Position numbers and translations under genes: made by a program. Below the pieces are notes generated by a model, which saw nothing but the letters and a program-made list of their open reading frames with translations, made no database searches and was not told where the DNA came from. A stretch of DNA of 64,000 nucleotides, from assembly GCA_023213395.1 (NCBI GenBank), contig CM041465.1, positions 217,131,741-217,195,740 of the forward strand. The letters run 5' to 3'. Shown in pieces: positions 1 to 12,149 of the stretch (the first letter of the stretch is position 1; every line of letters begins with the position of its first letter). The DNA is from Cycas panzhihuaensis. Its lineage: Eukaryota > Plantae > Cycadophyta.

Positions 1-302
1 GCAGCAGCTCTTTTTGACAACATTTTTGAATTAGGGCATTTCTACATTTTAATGTTCTCTAGAAAATTATTTCCAATCTCTGGTTGCTGTCTCCTTCAAG
101 TATACCTTGATCATTTCCCTTGAAGAAATCTGCTCTGAATGTTGTCTCCTTCAAACACACTTTGTCTAAACTTGAATGTTTCCATTTTGAAGAATCTGCT
201 TTGGATGTCAAAGTTCAAATAATCACTTTCTTGCAGGAATTTATTCTGCAGTTGGGATGGGTTCTTCTTAGTAGTTCATATATTGTCTGTATACATCTGT
301 GC

Positions 303-369
303 AGGGTATTTTGGTGGGTGGGATGGTGGTGGGTGGGTTGAAGGGCGGGGGGGGTGTGGGCGGGGGTTA
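303..369 (+). repeat. G-rich low-complexity tract (G-quadruplex-forming potential; poly-Pro on minus strand)
   Basis: ggtgggtgggatggtggtgggtgggttgaagggcgggggggggtgtgggcgggggtt contains more than four GGG runs with short loops. Confidence 0.7.
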
Positions 370-599
370 AGAGACGGAATTATAGTGCTAATGTGGTCTC
401 ATTTCTTTCTGAACAGTGTGACTAGAGGTCGAGCGACTTCATCATGGGATCGATGGTTTAAAGAACACTCAGCTGACTCAGATTGCCGTTGCTGTTCTCT
501 TAGGCACCTCAAAATCTGGAGATTTTCCTGTTGGAAATTTTCATGCAGACAGGCTTGTCGTATAATTCCAAGTTTCAATTGTTATAAATGTTCTTGCAT

Positions 600-1312
600 T
601 GAATGTTTTTGTTTTGGCCATGTGAAATGCTGCCCCTGGTGCAGAAAGAAATGATGGTCATTGGCAACATATGGGTGCGGGCACGGTTTCATTTTTTGCA
701 CAAGTTGTCTCAGCAATATAAATTTTGTAATTAAATATACAGCCATCACAATGTTTGTATAATAAGAACTTAATGATTATGTTGGAAGGTATTTGAATAT
801 CAGCACATAGCTGAATGAGGCAATTTAAAGTACTGCTTTGGAATTGGGTCCAGCTGGTTTGGATTCATTTATTTCTGGTATATCCATATCAGGACCTTTG
901 CTGAAAAGTTGGCTTTCTAGGGAAATTTGGTTTTCCAAAATCTACAGCAGAATAATATCTTTCTTTTATGTTATAATTCCATTGAGGGATTGCTTTGCAT
1001 GGACTGGTTTAGGACCATCTCATCTAGAGAAAGACATTGATATGCAATACACATTGGCACTTTGTGTTATGTGGTACATTAGACAGTCTTATTTTGTACA
1101 TGAATTCATCCCTCAAGTTGTGTATTTCAAGGTGCCACTTTTCTGAACAACTTCAGGGAAAATTTGTTTGGATACTTTTCACTTTACCTTAATAGCCATT
1201 AAATGAGGTATTCAGATATGGATTGTGTGCTTATTCCAAATAAAATGCTGGATGGTTTTCCTTGAGAAATTCGGAGGATGTTGATTGTTAGCAGAAAATT
1301 TCCTTTTGCCAT
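600..1312 (-). pseudogene. Degenerate LINE (L1-like) ORF1 relic, DUF4283-type; element probably continues left of the window
   Basis: Minus-strand translation across frameshifts gives MAKGNFLL ... NGNYNIKER/ILFCCRFWK/PNFP ... KVLIWIY ... CADIQIPSNIIIK. The order and spacing resemble the plant LINE ORF1 pattern G.F.. / GPW..L..W.P.F.P / VPVWI / CV.ID...LP..I.I. There are many frameshifts and stops. Confidence 0.45.
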
Positions 1313-1999
1313 TCTTTGATATATATCACTAGCATGGAAACTTACAGGTATATAGAGATAATATATGTATGTGGTGGAGACAATAATAGAGATCATTCAC
1401 ACAGGACACAAAGATGTGCAACGATTTTCACCCTTCACATAAAAGGAATTAAAGGAGCTCGAAAGTGTTTCCTGATGGATAGAAAACCCACCAAAGCAAT
1501 CACATAGTGAACAGAGGACTCTAAATTGCAGAGAATCTTCATATCACTAGAGTTGCCCCAAGATCTTCAAATGGCACAATCTAATAGTAGATCCTCTAGA
1601 GGTTAAGGTTTGACTGTAGGTGGGGAAAATAGCCACCTAAAATATCTCCCGAGTCTTGTTTGGCCGAGCATCCTAACTTGCATTTACATATGTGGGTGAT
1701 AATGTGAAGATGAGCTTGTTTGTAAGGGAGGTTGGGCTACATAATGGCTTGTATCCTCTTGTTCTTAGACGGTGACTATTTGTCATTTATTTGAGTTCCC
1801 AAATTTAGGAAGTCTTGTTCATTTTTGCCTTTAGATCATATCATTTTCTTGTCTTGTCACGCTAGGTTAGTTTCAAGTGATTGCTTTTCATGCTGAAAAG
1901 TAGTATTAATAAAGCACTAGCAAGAAATCAATGTATAGGCAGTTGGTAGTAATTTCTAGTTAGTAAAGCTGAGCAATAATTTTCAATTTTTTGGAAAAC

Positions 2000-2025
2000 G
2001 TGTGTGTGTGTGTGTGTGTGTGTGT
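2000..2025. repeat. (TG)n microsatellite
   Basis: Perfect GT/TG dinucleotide run. Confidence 0.95.
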
Positions 2026-2764
2026 ATTACAGCTAGAGCAAAAATCTAGAAGTATTGCTCTCTTGTAAATACAGTAATACATCATGTTTTATATAATCAT
2101 GAGCTGCAAATACCGAAGTAGCACATTAGAATGTGAGTCGAGGGGAAATGGTTAGGGTTTCCTTGCAAACCTTTGCTTTGGCCATTGCCTCAAGGGCCTC
2201 ACACATTCTAATTATTTGCAACCATACCCCCTCAAGCAGTATCTATTGCTAAATCATGGTCATTGATCTTTACCTATATTTCCCTAGCCTCCATGGCACC
2301 CATACTTGTTAATGACTTCTTGCATTTGGAAGGTCATAGCATGTCAAACATATTTCACATGTTATTTTTTGTAATCCTAAGGGGGACTTTGGTATGTAAA
2401 AGCGACAATGCCTAATGGAGTATGTCCATCAGTTATGCAAAGGGTATTTGCAAAGACTCTCAAAAGATGAGACTTACTCTTCTCATCCTTAGCTGTTTTT
2501 ACATTTCATTTTCTATCACATTTATGTAATCTTTACATGTATTGTCTAATGAGAAATGAATTGGGGTGGAAGGTAGATTGTGAGAATGAGTTATTTGATA
2601 TTTGCTTTTATAGGCACATTTGTAAGGAGAGTTATATCAAAGTGGCTCAGAGGAGCAAGTGAGCTTTTACATAGCTACAACTATTGACAAATGATTCCAT
2701 TCAAAAGAGACTGCCACGTATGGTAGCAATGTAAATGCTTAAGACCCATTTGGTTTGGCATTAG

Positions 2765-3022
2765 AAGGGAGCCTAAGTAAGGCTTCACCTAGCATTGATA
2801 TTGAGTCCAATTGAGTGAAACAATGACACCATTAGGGAGCTTACATAAGACCTAGCATAGTGTCACTAGTGAGGCTAGTTAAGTCCAAAGGGTGGCACTA
2901 GTAGGGAGTGGAAATAAGGCCTAGAATGATACCAATGTTCAACTTGGATAAGTCTAACATGATGGTTAATAAGGAGTCTGAATAAGGCCTAGTACAATGT
3001 CATCATTGAGCTTGTATACATC
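2765..3022 (+). repeat. Degenerate ~68-bp tandem repeat, about 4 units
   Basis: The motif (t)agggag...taaggc/a...ctag recurs at ~2766, 2833, 2902 and 2970. Confidence 0.6.
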
Positions 3023-3781
3023 CATTTTTAGAAATATGATATTGTCAAGGTGAGATGGTTAGTGAGAATGACTAACATCTAGTTATGGTTTTGATGTGAA
3101 TTGGTTGAAGAACTATGATTTTTACTCTTTATGGCGGTATTAGTTTTTGTAGGGTATAACTATGCCCTTAGAATGTTTGTAAATAAGAAATTTTAAGTTG
3201 AAAAAGCATCAAAAGGGTATGATGCGATGGATTGACATAAATTACCTTATCTAATTCTCTTTCTAAAATCTCCCTCGAAGATTATTAAGAGAATATGTAG
3301 CATATCAACATATGTTGGAGATAAAAAGAGTTTGATCATATTCTACTATCCTAAGTGCACATAAAGAAGTTGAAGGGTAAGGATGATTCTTTGTAAAACT
3401 AAACAAGGGTAAAGACTTGAAGATCCATGTCATCCATAGAAGCCAAAAAAAGAGGATGAGTCCACGGAGATGCAAGTCTACCAAAGGAGATAAGTACCTC
3501 TATCATTCTCCTGTATAGAGGCACAATTAATTTTTAGACTTTACCATGTAGTTTTGTATTTTGTTTTCCCTCTTTACATCTCTTTATATTTTCTATTCTT
3601 TATGCTAAAGTGTATGGCCCATTAAGGGACTATGCATCCTACATCTGGTAGGTTTGTACAACTATGCCCAAGGGTTATACAATTGCATTTAATGTAGGTT
3701 GTATTGCAACCTTTATGATAGACCATATGGTGTCCAATAAGGGTCATATGGCTGTCCTTTATGATAGCCACACAACAAGCT

Positions 3782-4118
3782 TGTTAGGTGTAATGTTTAG
3801 TGTTGAGTCTTGTAACGTGTCCCCCAAGTCTCTCTTGTAATAGTAAATTGTGTCATTAAGGTGTGTGCATGTGTACATTTTGCCATGTATTGTCCTAGTG
3901 ATGCACATAGGGGTTCTCATAGTTGGTTGGACAATCGTAAAGTGACTATGTACTATAAGTATGTATTCATATTTAATACAATAATTGGATCTGATCATTT
4001 CCCATTAGTTTTATTGTCTTATGTGTTTATACATACTTCATTCTTTAATTCATTTATTGTTTACATCTTTAATCATTTTATGCTGATTTCACATTATGCT
4101 ATAATGCTATATTCTGCA
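3782..4118 (+). repeat. 5' LTR of element A
   Basis: Starts tgttagg, ends attctgca, followed directly by the PBS; colinear with 6384-6718. Confidence 0.9.
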
Positions 4119-6383
4119 TGGTATTAGAGCGGGCCAGGGCTTAAATTATAGAGGACTAAAGAGATTTCAAGTAAGAGACTTCAATCGAGGAGAAAAAGAA
4201 AGTAGTTTATACAAAGAAGATGTGACTGAGCTTGGGGTTAGATGAAGATGAAGAGAGTCACAAGACTGGCGAGTAATGTTATTTATTAAGTTATTGTGGA
4301 TATTTATTATTCATGTAGGGTCCATATTCTTGAGAACATGCAAGTGTTTGATGGAATGTCCACAAGAGGTTGCCCTAGAAGGATTGATCAACTTGTGAGA
4401 GCAAGATGAAGACCAAATACTCTGCCAGTACTTAAGAAATAAGTATTAGGCTTGTACAATGTTGGTTGCTACAATTTGTCCATGCTTCGATGAAAAATAA
4501 GTAAAGGCTTTAATATCAGGGTTTCATCGTTGTATTAATAAGAAACAAAATTATGGTTTGAAAAGGTGGGTTTCATTGTCTTGCTATCATTGATGAACTA
4601 TTGGTTGTACATATGAGGGTTTCTATACTTGACAAGAGAATATTGTAAAACAACATGTTGGGGTAGTGATCATGACTATTGAGATACATATATATTTGGC
4701 TGTGAAGGTTTGAAAAGATAATTGAGGAATAAGTAAAGTGTTTTTGCAGGTCGTGAAATTAAAATGATTCTCCTTGTAAAGGTTGCTAGTGTTCATAACA
4801 TGGTGTTTATAATTATTAAAATGTATGTTAATGCACTCTTAGGCACATATATCTGGTGGTTAGTCTGTCGGTTGTATTGAAGAGTTGTTTGCAGTGTTGG
4901 AGTAATGCTGCCCACGACTGAGATATAAGTGTTGAGAGAAACCATTGTGGAGTTCACTCCTATGTGAAAAAAACACTATATAGTCCACTGCTTCAAATAC
5001 GATCTTGTCGACCACAAGTGAAGATAGTCCACAGTCATAAGTGCCCACAGAATATGAAATATTGCCCATGGTACGAGTATACAAGACACCACTAACTCAT
5101 TCTACATAAACGCCGCTGTCTAAGGAATGCCATAATGATTTGAAGATCATAGAAGATGGGAGAGACTACATATGCCACAAATTAGACGGTCGATGAGGGA
5201 ACTGCAATGACAGAAGAGAAAATGACTTACTAACAAAATCATATGAAAAAAAAAAGTGGAAATGGAGGTAAAACCCAAAGCTCGTAGTTGAATGCAGAAG
5301 AAAATCCCTATAAGAAATAGTTGGCGGTGACAAACACACAGTTCATAGACAAAACAAATGTCGCTCGAAACCCTAAGATAAACAATGAATGAATTTTTGT
5401 ATGATAAATTATTTTGCAAAGTCACATTTAAATTTAGCTAGATTGAATAGAACTTTGAAGTTTGCCAAGCCCCTTGCATGGAGCCAAGTAGTTACATGAT
5501 GAGTGTACGTGATTAGGCAATAAGTCATTGAAATTGTTGAAGTTAATTTGGACTTAATTTTGTTTTTTGGACAATATATTGGTGCTTGTTGAGGTATAAC
5601 TTCCTCATATAAGATTAGAATCCAATGCCATAGATTGCATTGGAAAGATGACTCATAGATGGATGCAATGACTAGTTACAAAATATATTTCAGAGCCCAT
5701 ATCATGGAGAACCATATTGTTAAAAGGAAAACGAGTTTTAGGAGATACTTATTTGATGAATTTTGTGAGTCACATCTTATGTTTATGTTAATTGCTACTC
5801 CTTGTAAGCTACGTGGCAACTGTATATATAGGCATGTGTAAACCCATGGAGGTTGTTGAGAGCAGATCTAGAGGAACCAATTTTTGGAGGCTTTAATACA
5901 TTGCTTTTCAAAGATTACAAAGGTAATTAAAATTACAAAGGTTATTAAAAGAGATTTAAGGAATTACGTAATGGAGACTTCAAGAAATATTTGAAGAAGC
6001 TGTTATATTTTGAACTCATTTCGCTGGCTAGGTAGTTTATCCTGCTTTTATGATGGTTGACAGATGCTGACAACTATTGGTAGAACCATGTGCCTAAAAA
6101 GATTTCTTATAGAATTGACAATTGCAATGACTAGTTACCCATGCAGTGCAGTAGATGGAGCTTTCTTTATACAAATATCAACAAGATTTGATTAATTCAA
6201 CAACTTGAAGATACAACTTGTACAAGTTGGAGATGTTCTCCATTTGATCTAGTATGTTTGAAGAAAGTAGCAATTAGGATGTTTACCTTAGTGAAAAATT
6301 TAAGACAAAGGGTATACTATGTTTTGATGTGACATTTAAATTTTGTAATTAAATATTGTATGAAGAGGGGCAGCGGGTGTCTG

Positions 6384-6718
6384 TATTAGGTGTAATGTTT
6401 AATGTTGAATCATGTAACATGTCCACCAACTCTTTCATGTACTATTAAATTGTCATTAAGGTGTGTGCATGTGCACATTTGTCCATGTATCATCCTCGTA
6501 GTGGACGTAAGGGTTTTCATATTTGATTAGACAATTGTGAGGTGATTATGTACTATAGCTATGCATTCAAACTTAATACAATGATTGGATCTTATTATTT
6601 TTTATCACTTTTATTATCTTATGTGTTTAGACATACTGCATTCTTTGATTCATTTATTGTGTACATTTTTAATCACCTCGTACTATTTTCACATTATGCT
6701 ATAATGCTATATTCTACA
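6384..6718 (+). repeat. 3' LTR of element A
   Basis: tattagg...attctaca, preceded by a purine tract and followed by the TSD. Confidence 0.9.
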
Positions 6719-7139
6719 AAGCCCGCATAATAGGTTGAACAATATAACTAGCCCTAAATAAGGTTGTATGACTATGTACATATAATTGAGAATCAAATAA
6801 GAGGATGGAAGCCTAACTTCTAAAGGGTTATAACCCTTGCTTTATTTACTTTAATATATGGTTGGAAATTATGGATAATTTCTTAGCTTTAATTTCAAAT
6901 TTATGGTTAAATTTGTGGGAAATCTGAATGCGATTCAATTAATGAAGGAGAACCTCTATAAATACAATACAATGAGTATAGGACTTGGGCAAGATTTCAT
7001 GCATGTCTGCCACTTGTCATCCGATGAGAGAAGAGGGGAAATGACACATAACCGTCATAATAGTACATTAAAAAGAGGTGTTATAAGGTCTAGATAAAAC
7101 ATTACCTTTAACACCCTCTTTTAATGTTTTATTTACTTA

Positions 7140-9356
7140 ATTCTTAGCTTATCTTTGAAAAACTAAAAATTATCTTTACTTAGTGGTTTTGTGAAAACAT
7201 CAGCATTTTGCTCTTCAGAGGTGCAATGTAGTAACTCAATTTCTTTGTTTTGAACGTTCTCTCTTATAAAATGATGATGAACCTCAATATGTTTTGTTCT
7301 TGCATGGAGAACATGGTTCTTGGTCATTTTAATTGTGTTTTGATTGTCGCAGAATAGTATGGTAGGAGATTTTTGTTCTTGACCTAGGTCTTTTAACAAC
7401 TATTTGATCCAAATTGCTTCACAGGTTGCACTCATTGTTGACTTGTACTTTGCTTCTATGGATGATAAAGTGACTGTGGGATGCTTTTTATTGCTCCAAG
7501 ATATTATGGCTGATCTTAGGGAGAAACGGTAACCTGATGTTGATTTTCTATCTGCTCTGTCTTTTGTCTAATTAGAATTATTAAAACCTATCAACTGCAT
7601 GATATTAGTTTTTGTATAATTCAAGCTCAGATCTATTATTCCTTTTAAGTATCTTATGATTCCTTTTGTTGCATTCTAGTGCGACATTTTTGGTTTCTGC
7701 ATGAATTTGGAGATTACTTGGACTGAAAAATAGATGTTTGGGCTAGTAGTAGTGAGATATATCAAACTTCCAACTAGTTGTTTATATGTGGTTGCATTTA
7801 CTGCCTATTCTTTTGTATTAAGATTCAATGTACAACTTGTCTCCATAGGTGTCAAAAAGTTATTACAATTTTTTATGTTAATTTTTTAAAACATATTCCT
7901 GATGTATTTTGATTGGGATAAGATAACAAATTCTTTTAGCTGTGTTACCTCAATTCTAAGATAGTAGTGCAACATCCCAAGATCAGTCATTTCAAAAACC
8001 TTTTGTAACTGTCCTTTGATAAATACAATTAAGTCTGTATCACTTCCTATGAGTAATATATCATCTACATATTTACTATGATTGAAATCAGACCCTTGTC
8101 AAATTTCACATACAATCTTCGATTAGATTCACATCCTTGAAAGTTGTTATGAATAAAATAACTATCTAGTTTTGCATCCCATGATCTTGAAGCTTGTTTA
8201 AATCTATACAAGGCTTTCTTCAACTTGCACACCAGATTTTCTTGTCGAGCTTTTACGTAACCTTCAGGTTGATGCATATATATTTCTTCTTGAAGGTCTC
8301 CATTTAAGAAAGCATTTTTCACATCAAGCTGATATATCCTCTAACTTTGTTTTGTAGTTAATGTGATTACTGTTTTCACAGTGTTCAATTTTGCCACTGG
8401 TGAAAATGTTTCTTCATAATCTATACCGATAGTCTGTGTATATCCTTTGGCAACTAGTCTTACTTTATAATTTTCAATTTTCCTAATTGATTTCTCTTTT
8501 ATTTTGTATACCCATTTGCAATTAACAATGGATTTATTTTCAGGGGGTTCAACTACTTCCTAGGTTTTATTTTTTGCAATTGTTGCTATTTCAACATCCA
8601 TTACTGTTTTTCACTTTAAATATTGGTTTGCTTCTTTATATGTATTGGGCTTAATAGAACAAACCAGTGCTTGATGTCTTGGAAGATTTGTCCTATGCTC
8701 GAATACATTTTCTTTTATTTCTTCAATTGTTTTAAGATACCATTTGGGCATTTTCTTAGAACTTGGTTTCTTCGGTACATTTCTTTGCTCTTCTTCTTCT
8801 AGAGCAGTAAAAGGGACTAACCTGACTATTATCTGGAGACTTAGCTTTAAGAGTTTAATTGCTTGAGTCAACATTTTCTATAGTGATTTCAGCGTCTTCA
8901 TTTGAAGGAATTGAAATGGGCTTAATAGAGATTTCTATTGTTGATTTTATCTCTTGACATACTATTTTTCGCTATCAATGCTTTCATTAAATACTACATC
9001 TCTATTGACGGAACCTCTATTGGTTTTTGGGTTTATGCACCTGTGAGCCTTTGAATAGTTATTGTATCTTATTATTATACACTTTATGCTTTTGTTGTCA
9101 AGCTTGGTTTGTTTTTTATCTAGAATTTGAACGTAAACTTTGCAACCAAAGGCTTTCAGATTCCTTATATCTGGTTTCTATCTAGTCTATGCTTCTTTTA
9201 GTGTGACTTTTTGTAGAGCTTTTGTCGAACTTCCACTTATCAGAAAAATTTTAGTATTGACAACTTCTGCCCAGTATGTCTTGGTGATCTGCGTATTTTG
9301 AATTATACATTGAGCCATTTCCAATATGGTCATATTCATTCTCTTTGCTACACAGT
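7140..9356 (-). pseudogene. pol: Element B pol, 3' part: integrase C-half, reverse transcriptase, RNase H
   Basis: ORF fragments CDNQ..HARTKHIEVHHHFIRE..QNADVFTKPL (RNase H) and KNAFLNGDLQEEIYMHQPEG..LKKALY (RT). The integrase motif PYLPQPNCVAKRMN is split by element C. Confidence 0.92.
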
Positions 9357-10633
9357 TGTTGACTTGTAGGGGGTCTTATTACACTTACAAGACACCCCTT
9401 GCTCACTTGTCAAGGTTACACAGCGCTATAGTCTAGTTTTAGGACACTGTCAACATGGTTATTCATATACATTCCACATACATTCCATATAAAATCCACA
9501 GAATGGTACACAGTAGTACAAAAATCAATACATACTTCAGCAAATCATCATCACACACCAAGAATACACCAATTTCCACGTAACTCTTTCTTTTATTAAT
9601 TCAGGTTCAATTACACAAGGGTGGAATGCATTCATGAGCATTCTAGCGAGATACGATCCTTTTGTACATATGCGTACGGATGGTACTTATCACATATCCA
9701 TGCTCCAATCGGTACATCATGCGCATCTTGTCTCAGTACTTTTGCACTGTGATATCCGGCTCTCACCCTCGAGAGTATACAATATGATTGACTCACTCGG
9801 CTCTCACACTGGAATGGTCCTCAAAGCACCATTAAATATGTCCCTTTGATGCCTTTTGGATGAAAGGTTATGACCCAAAGTCACAACCATACCTTTTTGT
9901 TACCAAGGTACCTTTCACTTTAATCATTAGTTATACACTTTAACTAATGTCTCTTTTTTAAAATGCGTCCAGACGTCGTCAGCGACTTCAGGGCCTCCTT
10001 TGGTCCGTCTTGTCATCGTGCGCTTCGGTTGATTCGTTCCGCTCTTTGATGCGTGCACGTGATGCGTGCGTTCAGCCTTTTGCACTCATACGTACCGAAT
10101 CTTGGTTTTCCACTGTTTTGCCTCGTGCGTACCTCCGTATGGTCCGTACTTGCATTCCTTTGGTCAATACAAGCCTGTATTCCGTCTTCCTCAAGGCCTA
10201 TGTGTCACAATATGTCCCAACATCTATCCCGGGTCAACATGATTGGGTTGAGCATCCTTGCTCAACAAAAAATTTGGGGTATTCCTCCCCCTCTCTGTTC
10301 TAAGGCTGCTCCTGCCGCTTCGTCACCGCTTGGTCGCCATTCTTGGTTAATAAATCCTCATCTATTGGCGCTTTGTTTTGTTCAACTTTCCCTTGATTTT
10401 CCGTATGATGATATATCTTTCCTCCATGCTTCACCATATTGTTTGTTTGTATGATATGAGTTACGGTTGTTTTTCTGTTTTTTAATTTTTTTGTATTTTA
10501 TATTACATACCGAACTGAATCACGCTCCTAAGGTAGCAAGGTAATTCGATTTTGCCTCAACTTCATGCAACACGCTATGGTACAACCAGCTGATCCGGTT
10601 GGTAAGTTGCTCCACCCTAGTTGATATAGGGTT

Positions 10634-10870
10634 TCAGTTTACTACCCTTGACCATTTCGTAGTAGTCGGCACGATAGTTTCTTCAATCGATAGTGTCGCT
10701 CCAGACACCTTCTCAATCCTATATGGGCCTTTCCAATGCATCTTCAATTCTCCTTGGGTTATTTGGGATTTGTTGTCGAATCGCCATACTCGATCACCCT
10801 CCTTGAAATGCGATGTCTTGTCGTGGCGGTCGTGCCTTGTCCTTTTCCGCCTTTTCCTCGGTGTGGTATG
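10634..10870 (-). pseudogene. Element C isolated integrase C-terminal GPY/F module
   Basis: RHDRHDKTSHFKEGDRVWRFD..GELKMHWKGPYRIEKV matches the gypsy integrase tail (F..GD.V...KL...W.GPY.I). Confidence 0.85.
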
Positions 10871-11339
10871 CTTTGTCGATTTCTTCTTATGATCCCTTAA
10901 TTGGTCTTCTCCTAACCAATGTTCTCTACAATGTCTCGAATGGGAAATTCCACATAGTGGTTCTCCATAAAAGGGCTTCACATAATCTCCAACATATTCT
11001 CCATGATTTCTATCTTCTGGAGTGGCAACTATTTCGGTCACATTCCGAGAAAGTAGGTTACATCTATAGGATGAGGGTTGACTTCATAATCGTCCGTAGC
11101 CAATAATCAACAAATCTCATCTCGCTTTCATCATCCAAGAATTGTAAATTTCTCCAAAATAGGTCGGTTCTTCTTTCCGTAATGGGTCGATGTTGTAGGC
11201 TTCTCCGCAAAGATGATAGAGGTTTTCTTTGTCACATGAAGAAGTTGTTGCTTCCCTTACAACGGTTGTACTTGATCCGTTGTCAGGTATCACCTCAATG
11301 GAGTTCTTCCCCAACATTGGTAATACTACTTTATTCTCT

Positions 11340-11690
11340 TCATCTGACAAGGTGAAGGTTACGTCTTTCCAATTTTGGAGACATTGGGTTTTGTATAGCC
11401 ATGGTCTCCCCAATAAAGTTGGATAGGGAGTTGCACCTTTCTCCGTTTCCACAATCGTAAAATCGATCTTTACGACAATTCCTACCACATCCACCTTGAT
11501 GTTGGCTAGTTTCCCCACGGGTCGCACCAACAATTCATTGGCTAGTTTTAACGAATAGGTTGCCGCTTCCAACTTTGGACTCCCCAACTTCCACCATGTC
11601 GAGGTGGGCGACATTCACAAATGCTCCCCATCAACGATCACTCTAAACTTTTCTCCCAAAACTGACATGGTTACCATCGGATCCATGTCG
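11340..11690 (-). pseudogene. Element C aspartic protease
   Basis: RVIVDG(G) active-site region, then a frameshift, then W.KLG.PKL..YSLKLAN..PVG.L..YPTLLGRPWL, a typical Ty3/gypsy protease C-terminus. Confidence 0.88.
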
Positions 11691-12149
11691 AATGATGGTA
11701 TGATTTGCTTCCAACTTTTGGTAACTCCTTTCTGTAACACTCCTCCTTTAATCCAATCAATAACCTGAGACAGAGGAATAGTTAGCGCAATCGCTTTCAC
11801 TAGATTCTCCATCAATAACAACATTCTGGGAATCTCTTCGGCTGGTAATCCTTTAAACAACTCCTCCATTTGTACCATTTGGGGTTTTACCGTCGATTCT
11901 TCTGGTGATTTTTCTGGCTCTTTTTGTTTGTTTTTCCGAACATAAACATTTTTTGTTTCTGGTTTACCCATTGGTAGTATATTTTCATCCCGAACTAACC
12001 CATCCAACACTTGTTTCGCTTGTTTATACCGATCCATTTCTGTTGGGGGGTTTGGATATCCTTTATCCACTTTCTCTTTCTGTTTATTTTGTAATTTCAC
12101 ATTCTTCGTTTCTGGCACAATCGTTATTAGATTAGTTGCCTTCGTTTTA

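Larger units (their letters stand above)
3782..6718 (+). mobile_element. Element A: non-autonomous LTR retrotransposon (~2.9 kb, LARD/TRIM-like, copia-derived)
   Basis: LTRs at 3782-4118 and 6384-6718 (~336 bp). PBS tggtattagagc at 4119-4130. PPT gaagagggg before the 3' LTR. TSD aagct/aagcc. No ORF in the internal region. Confidence 0.9.

Noticed and set aside
120-1146. Plus-strand ORFs 120-341, 283-654 and 838-1146 as host genes
   Set aside because: No recognisable domains; they are antisense to a probable LINE ORF1 relic and overlap low-complexity sequence.
2613-2658. Possible micro-exon (ttttatag|GCACATTTG...GCAA|gtgag) of a gene with giant introns
   Set aside because: Only splice-like dinucleotides; no homology or partner exons visible, so it cannot be supported without RNA-seq.
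2765-3022. CRISPR-like repeat-spacer array
   Set aside because: Repeats are degenerate, the spacers are partly homologous, there are no cas genes, and the context is eukaryotic TE DNA.
3759-4127. Recurrent similar short ORFs (3861-4127, 6542-6730, 25094-25354, 45889-46188, 46937-47143) as a peptide family
   Set aside because: They are translations of homologous LTR sequence, with inconsistent starts and stops.
10870-11340. env-like or chromodomain ORF in element C
   Set aside because: No transmembrane segment or chromodomain motif visible; the region remains unassigned.
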